DNA of 5,601 nucleotides from a virus (Duplodnaviria; Heunggongvirae; Uroviricota; Caudoviricetes): IMG/VR virus record IMGVR_UViG_2606217110_000012, positions 1 to 5,601 of that record; one strand, 5' to 3'. Shown piece by piece: positions 1 to 5,601 of this stretch (position 1 is its first letter; each line of letters starts with the position of its first letter). The notes under the pieces were generated by a model. It saw only the letters and a program-made list of their open reading frames with translations, ran no database searches and was not told where the DNA came from. The position numbers and the translations under genes were made by a program.

Positions 1-23
1 GATGAGCTAATGGCGGTATGTGA

Positions 24-99
24 TGGTGGCCCTTGCTGGATTTGAACCAGCGACCTGGCGATTATGAGTCGCTCGCTCTCACCACTGAGCTAAAGGGCC
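24..99 (-). tRNA. tRNA-Ile2 type (anticodon CAU, lysidine-dependent AUA reader); tRNA-Met not fully excluded
   Basis: Reverse complement of 24..99 folds as a 76-nt cloverleaf: acceptor stem GGCCCTT/AAGGGCC, D-stem GCTC/GAGC, anticodon loop CTCATAA (anticodon CAT), T-stem GCTGG/CCAGC, encoded CCA 3' end. C4-G69, C5-G68 and C29-G41 pairs match known TilS determinants of tRNA-Ile2. Resembles enterobacterial ileX/ileY and phage-borne ileZ-type genes, but differs from my recollection of K-12 ileX at several positions. Confidence 0.85.
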
Positions 100-108
100 G
101 GGAGCAGA

Positions 109-137
109 ATAATAATGGTGCGTAATTAATTCTGCAA
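109..137 (-). promoter_or_regulatory. Candidate sigma70 promoter for the tRNA
   Basis: On the minus strand: -35 TTGCAG (137..132), 17-nt spacer, -10 TATTAT (114..109), about 9 nt before the mature tRNA 5' end at 99. By-eye match only. Confidence 0.3.
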
Positions 138-148
138 TCTCATCCGTT

Positions 149-1198
149 TCAAACGATTAAATCCTGAACTTCCCTGACTGTCTGTTCAAAACGTCCGGTC
201 TCCAGCTCAACACCAATCGCACGACGCCCCAGTGCCATCGCCGCTTTTACCGTTGAACCTGAACCCATAAAAAAATCTGCAACCAGGTCTCCCGGACGAC
301 TGCTCGCGTTGATTATCTGCTGCAGCATTTCTGCCGGTTTTTCGCACGGATGTTTTCCTGGATAGTACTGCACCGGTTTATGCGTCCAGACATCGGTGTA
401 CGGAACCTGCGCCGTCACACCGAAATACCGCCGCAAATTTTTATATTCACTCAGCAGTTCCGTATACTGCCGGTTCAGCTCACTGTATGTGCTGACCAGC
501 TGGTGGTGTGGCTTTTCCAGTTCCCCGCGCTGATGTTTTTCTGCCGCAACACGCGCAAACAACGCCTGCAATTTATTGTAATCACCCTCGTTCGGTAACT
601 GCCACTGACTGGCACCAAACCAGTGCGAAGCCATGTTTTTCTTTCCGGTGGCTTCCGCTATCTGTTTTGACGTTATTCCCAGTGATTTACGCGCATCACG
701 AAAGTAAGAAATCAGCGGGGCCATGACGTGCTGTTTTAGCTCGCGCCCCTGTGCCACATAGCCATCATCTTTCGGGCGATACGGTCCCTGATAATGTTCT
801 GCAAACAGAATGCGCTCTGTTGCCGGAAAATACGCCCGCAGACTTTCCTTATTGCACCCGTTCCAGCGTCCGGACGGCTTCGCCCAGATAATGTGGTTCA
901 GCACATTAAAGCGCTCACGCATCATGATTTCGGTGTCAGATGCCAGGCGATGACCACAGAACAGGTAAAGACTTCCGGCAGGCTTCAGTACCCGCCAGAA
1001 CTGCGCCAGACACTGGTCCAGCCATTTCAGGTAATCATCGTCGCCCTCCCACTGGTTATCCCAGCCCTCGGGCTTCACTTTAAAGTATGGCGGGTCTGTG
1101 ACTATCAGATCGACAGAGTTTTCCGGTAAGGTCTGGATAAATTCCAGGCAATCAGCGTTGATTAACTCACAACTGGATATTTTTACAGTATTAATCAT
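149..1198 (-). CDS. Orphan DNA N6-adenine methyltransferase, beta-class (N6_N4 MTase family)
   Basis: 349-aa ORF. Motif IV DPPY near the N-terminus (residues 35-38), HPCEKP motif, and motif I FFMGSGST near the C-terminus give the beta-class order (IV before I). DPPY rather than SPPF/SPPY favours N6-adenine over N4-cytosine. A central HTH-like insertion (GITSKQIAEATG) is present. The ATG at 1198 is forced by an in-frame stop two codons upstream. No restriction endonuclease partner is visible in the window. Confidence 0.85.
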   Translation of the reverse strand: MINTVKISSCELINADCLEFIQTLPENSVDLIVTDPPYFKVKPEGWDNQWEGDDDYLKWLDQCLAQFWRVLKPAGSLYLFCGHRLASDTEIMMRERFNVLNHIIWAKPSGRWNGCNKESLRAYFPATERILFAEHYQGPYRPKDDGYVAQGRELKQHVMAPLISYFRDARKSLGITSKQIAEATGKKNMASHWFGASQWQLPNEGDYNKLQALFARVAAEKHQRGELEKPHHQLVSTYSELNRQYTELLSEYKNLRRYFGVTAQVPYTDVWTHKPVQYYPGKHPCEKPAEMLQQIINASSRPGDLVADFFMGSGSTVKAAMALGRRAIGVELETGRFEQTVREVQDLIV

Positions 1199-1232
1199 AG
1201 ATCAATAAGCACTTCTCTGATAGGCTCATACC

Positions 1233-1293
1233 GCTTTTGCGCAAAGCAGATGGGCCTGAGGTTTGCTTGTGACCCCAACGCATGAGCAGATGG
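1233..1293 (-). repeat. 9-bp direct repeat pair CCATCTGCT plus an overlapping near-perfect 15-bp palindrome in the MTase leader
   Basis: Minus-strand CCATCTGCT occurs at 1293..1285 and 1253..1245 (40-bp spacing). The second copy overlaps the palindrome GCTTTTGC|GCAAAGC at plus 1233..1247. Both lie in the 150-nt gap upstream of the MTase start. Confidence 0.5.
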
Positions 1294-1348
1294 CTGGCAG
1301 GTGCCGCTAACACCCACCAGCCGCCCATTACCACAAATTAAAAAACCT

Positions 1349-1546
1349 TCACTGAGGAAGGCGTCTGTAACAACCGAACTGATAATCTGCCAGACCCGCC
1401 ATAACAAGCTGAGTCAGTATTAACTGGCAGCGTTCGCGTGAAAGGTAAGTATTCTGCGCAATTTCCCCGACGGTCGCCGGTTCGGTGACGCTTAATTCAT
1501 TAAACACCACTCTGGCGGTTTCGGTCATATCCTGCTGTTTTAGCAT
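1349..1546 (-). CDS. Small hypothetical protein (about 65 aa) with winged-helix/HTH-like character
   Basis: ATG at 1546 is preceded by GGGAAAAAGGC; stop TGA at 1351..1349. The segment ATVGEIAQNTYLSRERCQLILTQLVMAGLA resembles a small winged-helix DNA-binding fold. The track's 94-aa version starts at a GTG (1633) without support. Family not recognised. Confidence 0.45.
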   Translation of the reverse strand: MLKQQDMTETARVVFNELSVTEPATVGEIAQNTYLSRERCQLILTQLVMAGLADYQFGCYRRLPQ

Positions 1547-1669
1547 GCCTTTTTCCCTTTTCCGGTTAACGTGACATACCAATACCTCTTGTCGAAAAAG
1601 CCAGCAAGCTGAAAGACCGGCATTCGCAACCACCAGCGCGTTTAACGTACTGCATCAATTTTCGAGCAT

Positions 1670-1692
1670 AAAAAGACCGCCTGAGGGCAGCC
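1670..1692 (-). terminator. Intrinsic terminator downstream of the PP2C gene
   Basis: Minus-strand RNA GGCUGCC-CUCA-GGCGGUC: 7-bp stem (5 G-C pairs plus 2 G-U wobbles), 4-nt loop, then UUUUU (1674..1670). The same positions on the plus strand give C-A mismatches, so the hairpin is strand-biased to the minus strand. Confidence 0.55.
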
Positions 1693-1765
1693 TTTTTACA
1701 TTAAAATTAAGTTTTCTTTAACTATGTTGTATGTGAAATTAGCATTCCCTACTGAGTTTATACAA

Positions 1766-2509
1766 CTAATCTGACGTCACACGCACCATTATACTTACTA
1801 AAGAAAAGTCATCATCAGGTCCGGCTCTCTCTATACGACGCAAAATGCCATTAGAAAACTTCTGACTATTACTCATCGTATTTGATGTAAATCTGGGGCG
1901 TTTTTCCCAAACGTTATGAACCCCATCAGACATGATACACAGATGATATACCCCGTTAATACTAGGTAAATCTTTCCATGTGATAAAATCACAGTCGTAT
2001 TCCATATCAACATTTGAGGCTATAGCCGTCGTTAAGATATTTTTGCCCGGTTTATCCTTCAAATCTCTGGGTTTAAAAATATTCTGATCAATTAGCATCT
2101 GATGCCTGGTATCGTCCTTCGTCAATTGGTATGCTTTCTTCTCTCCAATGCAATACAAACGACAATCACCAATATGACCAATAATAATTCCGCTATCACA
2201 AACATAACAAAACGTAAGTGTAGTAGCAGCTTTATCGAACTCATCATTAACATCAGCTAACGACATAACCTTTCGCTTAACTTCATCAAATACATCCGGA
2301 ACTGTGTCAAAAGATAAGCTTGTCAATGCTGAAAGTTCAGCAATTGCCATTGATGAAGCCTGACTGGCACCAGTGTATGAACCTACACCATCAGCTACGG
2401 CAAATAAGATGCCATCCCCTACAATTTTGGGAGGAAGCAATGAATCTTCGTTGACCCTACCTGGTTCTTTTGGATACGAGAATGATGAAGTCGCTATCAG
2501 CTGAATCAT
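1766..2509 (-). CDS. PP2C-family (PPM) Ser/Thr protein phosphatase
   Basis: 247-aa ORF with PPM motifs: NEDS, FAVADGVGS (metal-binding DGxG), GDCRLY (GDSR-like), MSDGV, DDFSLV. Start ATG 2509..2507 overlaps the kinase stop TGA 2508..2506 (ATGA), preceded by SD AAGGAG. Confidence 0.88.
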   Translation of the reverse strand: MIQLIATSSFSYPKEPGRVNEDSLLPPKIVGDGILFAVADGVGSYTGASQASSMAIAELSALTSLSFDTVPDVFDEVKRKVMSLADVNDEFDKAATTLTFCYVCDSGIIIGHIGDCRLYCIGEKKAYQLTKDDTRHQMLIDQNIFKPRDLKDKPGKNILTTAIASNVDMEYDCDFITWKDLPSINGVYHLCIMSDGVHNVWEKRPRFTSNTMSNSQKFSNGILRRIERAGPDDDFSLVSIMVRVTSD

Positions 2510-3270
2510 GACTCACTCCTTAAAAAAGAATGCACAAAATCAAACGCCACATCATCTATTGTCTGATATCTATCATCTTTATCCATCCTGGTACACTTCG
2601 CTATGATAGGCTTTATTTTTTTATCATCTAAATTTAAGTCCTCAATTAACCGCCCCACCGCATAAACATCAGTCTTAACTGAATACTCGGCATTATATAA
2701 AATCTCGGGAGCCATATATCTTGTACTTCCCATACGGGTACCGATCTCGGTCAATTTAGTGGTATCCCCTTCGGGATTTGTATCTTTTACCAGACCAAAA
2801 TCAGACACCTTGTATGTTCCGTCGCTAAATCGCAAGACATTAAATGGTTTTATATCTCTGTGTAAATAGCCTTTCGCATGGATGTGAGCTACACCATCTA
2901 ATACCATTTTCACTATTGAAATTTTTTGATCTGTTGTAAGAAGGTTGTTCGTTATTTCGTGCTCAAGATCACATTCTGCTTTATCCATAATGAACCATGG
3001 ATTCTCGGCAAACAAATCGCACAAATAAATAGGAACAATATTGCTATGTACGCAATGTGATTGATACACGACCTCCCTTTTAAAACGCCTTCTAAACTGC
3101 TCTATTTGCGCCAAAAGCTCTGGTTTTTCGGGGGCTAAAACCTTTCTAGCATAATCCCCACATTCACCCTTGTTGAGGTTGTAAACCTTAACGTGTTCAA
3201 CAAAGCCAAATGCACCCCTTCCAATCAACTGAATTCGTTTTATAAAGTAATTACCGTGCTGTTCTTCCAT
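2506..3270 (-). CDS. Hanks-type (eukaryotic-like) Ser/Thr protein kinase, minimal catalytic domain
   Basis: Gly-rich loop IGRGAFGFV, beta3 lysine in YARKV, alphaC glutamate in KREV, catalytic loop HRDIKPFN, DFG in SDFGLVK, APE in YMAPE. Start assigned to ATG 3270 (SD GGTGAG, 4-nt spacer), not the track's TTG at 3345, which would read through the upstream terminator hairpin. 255 aa, no extra sensor domain. Confidence 0.88.
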   Translation of the reverse strand: MEEQHGNYFIKRIQLIGRGAFGFVEHVKVYNLNKGECGDYARKVLAPEKPELLAQIEQFRRRFKREVVYQSHCVHSNIVPIYLCDLFAENPWFIMDKAECDLEHEITNNLLTTDQKISIVKMVLDGVAHIHAKGYLHRDIKPFNVLRFSDGTYKVSDFGLVKDTNPEGDTTKLTEIGTRMGSTRYMAPEILYNAEYSVKTDVYAVGRLIEDLNLDDKKIKPIIAKCTRMDKDDRYQTIDDVAFDFVHSFLRSES

Positions 3271-3343
3271 TAAGCTCACCGACCTAAATTGTAAGAATAT
3301 CCATATCTTACAACTACAGATAAAAAGGTCCACAGAGTTAAGC

Positions 3344-3368
3344 AAAAAACCCGCATTTAAGCGGGTTT
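3344..3368 (-). terminator. Intrinsic terminator between the Q-position gene and the kinase (tR'-like position)
   Basis: Minus-strand RNA AAACCCGC-UUAAAU-GCGGGUUU followed by UUU: 8-bp stem with a 5-bp G-C core, then a 6-U run. No U-tract on the plus strand. Confidence 0.6.
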
Positions 3369-3402
3369 ACACACTATACGGCAAAATATCACATTTACAT
3401 AA

Positions 3403-3431
3403 AATGTATGCGATTTAATTGACTTTTGCAA
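3403..3431 (-). promoter_or_regulatory. Candidate late-type promoter overlapping the 3' end of the Q-position gene
   Basis: Minus strand: -35 TTGCAA (3431..3426), 17-nt spacer, -10 TACATT (3408..3403). The predicted start would give a roughly 50-nt RNA ending at the 3344..3368 terminator. Hexamer matches are weak and several other -10-like hexamers exist in this AT-rich gap. Confidence 0.2.
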
Positions 3432-4104
3432 TATCTCGTCGTGAAAAGGTCGCTTTTTGTTGCGATCTCATTTTCACGGTGCAAATCAAGGATTCTGTAT
3501 CGAGTTTCTTAAAAATGTCGCACATCTCACGCCAGTAGTTCGCATAATTATGGCTCCAGTTGTCAGGCTTAACTCCACACAGTCTGGCAAGTTCCTGTCG
3601 CTGGTAGACGTCACGCCCAGTAATCCTCCCCCTGACATCCTGCGCCGCCAGCCAGATTAATTTCTTCAGACGCTCAAGCGTTTTCCCTGTAATTTTTCTG
3701 GTGCCAAAATGCACCTGAAACTTATCCCACGCCCATTTCGCAATGACCACCTGATAATCCCAACTCGGATTTTCACTGTATACCCACAGCACCCACGCCT
3801 TCTGATGCTCTTCAAGAGACAGAACGGCGCGTCGCCATGATGATGTCGAAAACTCAACCGGACTGACCAGGGCAATTGATGAACCTTTCGCCAGCGATTG
3901 CTTTCCCGGGATCGGTGGATTATCCAGCGTTACCATTTTTCCAGTGACCTTATCGCGGTACCGGATTTTTTTACGTCTGTAACGCCCTGTATCAAACATG
4001 GCATTCTCCTGCCAGGCTTCAAGCTGACCTTTTGTTGCCCCACTCAAATCGGCGGTGGCGATAATGAGCTGCTCACGAACAAACTGTAAATACTGGTTAT
4101 TCAT
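3415..4104 (-). CDS. Phage regulatory protein in the Q position; putative late-gene antiterminator, family not assigned
   Basis: 229-aa ORF. ATG 4104..4102 overlaps the rusA stop TGA 4103..4101 (ATGA), with GGAG 6 nt upstream; the track's start is a GTG at 4110. Lies immediately downstream of rusA and upstream of a promoter-like plus terminator arrangement. No Cys-pair zinc-binding motif of lambda-type Q, so functional call rests on synteny. Confidence 0.7.
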   Translation of the reverse strand: MNNQYLQFVREQLIIATADLSGATKGQLEAWQENAMFDTGRYRRKKIRYRDKVTGKMVTLDNPPIPGKQSLAKGSSIALVSPVEFSTSSWRRAVLSLEEHQKAWVLWVYSENPSWDYQVVIAKWAWDKFQVHFGTRKITGKTLERLKKLIWLAAQDVRGRITGRDVYQRQELARLCGVKPDNWSHNYANYWREMCDIFKKLDTESLICTVKMRSQQKATFSRRDIAKVN

Positions 4105-4460
4105 GCGCACTCCAGCTCTGTGATTTTTATCCCCAACCGACCACCAGGAACAGGCAGTCCGCGCACAATATTGATTTCATCAAACTGCTCGTCGTCGATA
4201 AGCAACCCCGCATGTGTCAGTGCATCCAGTGGTGCTTTCAGAATATTGTCCAGGTCACGACGGCGCTTATCCGGTGGCTCTGCAATAATCTTTATCGCCA
4301 GCCGTCCGGACAGGTTTAATTTCAGCCGCTGCTCGCGAACAATTAGCGCCACATCCCGGCGATAACGCTCACCGGCTTTTGATACAAAATATGTGTTGTC
4401 ACGACGTCGCCAGTAGGTGTTCACCGTTGGCGGATAAGGCAAAACAAACTCTATACGCAT
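4101..4460 (-). CDS. rusA: RusA-family Holliday junction resolvase (crossover junction endodeoxyribonuclease)
   Basis: 119-aa ORF with PDKRRRDLDN, DAL, DDEQ and GGRLGIKITE segments matching my recollection of E. coli RusA (PDRRRRDLDN ... GGRLELTITE). SD AGAGGT 5 nt upstream of ATG 4460. Typical nin-region gene. Confidence 0.9.
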   Translation of the reverse strand: MRIEFVLPYPPTVNTYWRRRDNTYFVSKAGERYRRDVALIVREQRLKLNLSGRLAIKIIAEPPDKRRRDLDNILKAPLDALTHAGLLIDDEQFDEINIVRGLPVPGGRLGIKITELECA

Positions 4461-4472
4461 CAGTAACCTCTT

Positions 4473-5519
4473 TTACCCAAGCACGCCGGTTGCAAAGGCG
4501 TGATCAAGAAAATGAAAAATTAAATCAACCTGGGAACCATGCTTTTCTTCGAATGCCAGCGGATCCGCATGAAGCTCGTTGTGATGCTCCCGACACAGCG
4601 GTAGTGTGAAAATATCGTGGGATTTTGTTCCCATTCCACCCTGACCGTGGCCTATCAAGTGGTGGGGATCATCAGCAGGCTTTCCACAACATGCACACGG
4701 CTGTGTCTTAACCCAGCGCGTGTATTTCTCGTTAAGCCAGCGGCGACGTTTAGGTCGTTTCATGAAAGATTCCGGAGACTCCGGCTCAACGGCAATGCTG
4801 ACCACCGTCTTTTCCTGTGGCGGGTTTTGCTGGTGGGCGTGAGGCAGCGGCGCAATATTTTTTGTGCGCTGCTTCAGCATGCTGGTGGCAGTCTGCTCTC
4901 CCGGCACGATGTCGCTCTCGCGGTATACTGAGCGAATTTTTTCCGCACGTAACCCCAGAGAACGACGTAATGCTGCCTCTGGTAGCGCGTCCGCCACCTG
5001 ATTGCAGACCGCCCACCAGGATAATTCAGCCAGCGATAATTCCCGCTCCTGCGTGCCATTCATTGCATGGCGTATGACGTCAATCATCCATGCTGACAGG
5101 TTTTGATGAGCAAGTTGCTCGAGTGATTCGGAAGTCTGGTCACGCAGCTGGTTGTCGCAGTGCCAGCACAACACCATTGCACCGGTACCGTAACGATGTA
5201 TGACGGTTTCGCTGTGATGGTAGTCACCATGAGGCCACTGGCAGGATTTAATGTGGCGTAACAGCCAGTCAGACAGTGCACCAGCACCACCAGCAGCACG
5301 AATCACCCGCTCATCGCTGAAAAATGGCAGTAGTGATTTATCCTCCGCCAATGGCTGGCGAACGGCAGGAACGACTCCGGACGGCAGACCGCGCATGCTT
5401 TTCGGTTCCGGCTCCACCAGTACACGACCGCTGCGGAATACCTGCATGGATTCACGACCAGGCTTAAGGACCACCAGCCCAAGTTCCGGTACCGGAACAG
5501 ATCGAAGTAATACCCGCAC
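4473..5519 (-). CDS. DUF968-like prophage nin-region protein (YdfU-like) with C-terminal HNH-type motif
   Basis: 348-aa ORF starting at GTG 5519 with strong SD GGAGGT 4 nt upstream. C-terminus CACCGKPADDPHHLIGHGQGGMGTKSHDIFTLPLCREHHNELH has a CxxC ... HH ... C ... HHN ... H arrangement typical of HNH/zinc-finger nuclease folds. Resembles, from memory, YdfU-like proteins of enterobacterial lambdoid prophages. Confidence 0.85.
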   Translation of the reverse strand: MRVLLRSVPVPELGLVVLKPGRESMQVFRSGRVLVEPEPKSMRGLPSGVVPAVRQPLAEDKSLLPFFSDERVIRAAGGAGALSDWLLRHIKSCQWPHGDYHHSETVIHRYGTGAMVLCWHCDNQLRDQTSESLEQLAHQNLSAWMIDVIRHAMNGTQERELSLAELSWWAVCNQVADALPEAALRRSLGLRAEKIRSVYRESDIVPGEQTATSMLKQRTKNIAPLPHAHQQNPPQEKTVVSIAVEPESPESFMKRPKRRRWLNEKYTRWVKTQPCACCGKPADDPHHLIGHGQGGMGTKSHDIFTLPLCREHHNELHADPLAFEEKHGSQVDLIFHFLDHAFATGVLG

Positions 5520-5520
5520 G

Positions 5521-5601
5521 TTACCTCCAGAACCGTTGCTGGAATGTGCGGGACGGACGCGGTGGGCGTTCGGAATAAGGGAGTCTGACGTAGATTATCC
5601 A
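5521..5601 (-). CDS. 3' end of an upstream gene (partial, product unknown)
   Basis: Open minus-strand frame from the window edge ending at TAA 5523..5521 (C-terminus ...RTFQQRFWR). The stop sits inside the SD of the next gene, consistent with tight operon packing. Too short to identify. Confidence 0.3.
   Translation of the reverse strand, partial: WIIYVRLPYSERPPRPSRTFQQRFWR

Noticed and set aside
24-99. tRNA as the prophage integration site (attB-derived)
   Set aside because: Integrases usually target the tRNA 3' end so that the prophage lies 3' of the tRNA. Here the phage genes lie 5' of it and are co-oriented, and no partial tRNA duplicate is visible in the window. Cannot be fully excluded without flanking sequence.
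350-1129. Plus-strand ORFs 350..598, 508..726 and 794..1129
   Set aside because: They lie entirely inside the minus-strand methyltransferase gene, have no recognisable motifs and look like antisense shadow frames.
1292-1322. Interrupted hairpin GGCTGG ... CCAGCC with inner GTG/CAC pairs
   Set aside because: No U-tract on either strand and a long, mismatched interior; unlikely to be a terminator and possibly coincidental in GC-rich sequence.
1547-1633. 94-aa version of the small ORF starting at GTG 1633
   Set aside because: No SD at the GTG, whereas the internal ATG at 1546 has a purine-rich upstream context. The shorter form is preferred, but the start remains uncertain.
3271-3345. N-terminal extension of the kinase to the TTG at 3345 (track's 279-aa version)
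   Set aside because: The extension would translate through the terminator hairpin at 3344..3368, starts at TTG without an SD, and adds a hydrophobic, non-kinase-like peptide. ATG 3270 with GGTGAG is a far better start.
3440-3478. 8-bp inverted repeat CGTGAAAA ... TTTTCACG within the 3' end of the Q-position gene
   Set aside because: Short, with a 23-nt spacer inside coding sequence. It could be part of a late promoter or Q-utilisation element but is not distinguishable from chance by eye.
3457-5077. Plus-strand ORFs 3457..3660, 3898..4089, 4120..4365, 4379..4609, 4617..4931 and 4817..5077
   Set aside because: All are embedded antisense to the Q-position gene, rusA or the DUF968 gene, with low-complexity Arg/Ser/Pro-rich translations typical of GC-rich shadow frames.
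3666-5299. Minus-strand alternative-frame ORFs 3666..3875, 4786..5016, 4874..5059 and 5084..5299
   Set aside because: They overlap well-supported longer CDSs in a different frame and have no start context or motifs.
1-5601. CRISPR arrays, insertion sequences, integrase or transposase genes
   Set aside because: No spaced direct-repeat arrays, terminal inverted repeats or recombinase-like ORFs are visible in the window.

Overview
The window reads as one leftward (minus-strand) transcription unit with the gene order of a lambdoid prophage nin/Q/late-region junction. From high to low coordinate: a partial upstream gene, a DUF968-like protein with an HNH-type C-terminus, a RusA resolvase, a regulatory protein in the Q (late antiterminator) position, a compact AT-rich two-gene cassette (Hanks-type Ser/Thr kinase translationally coupled to a PP2C phosphatase) bracketed by two minus-strand intrinsic terminators, a small winged-helix-like ORF, an orphan beta-class N6-adenine methyltransferase, and a tRNA-Ile2(CAU). 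The kinase-phosphatase cassette sits where lambdoid phages carry morons such as toxins and exclusion genes, and is the strongest candidate for an undescribed phage-exclusion or host-modulation module. All family assignments are from reading motifs in the translations by eye; no database search was possible. Plus-strand ORFs in the track look like antisense shadows of the minus-strand genes.
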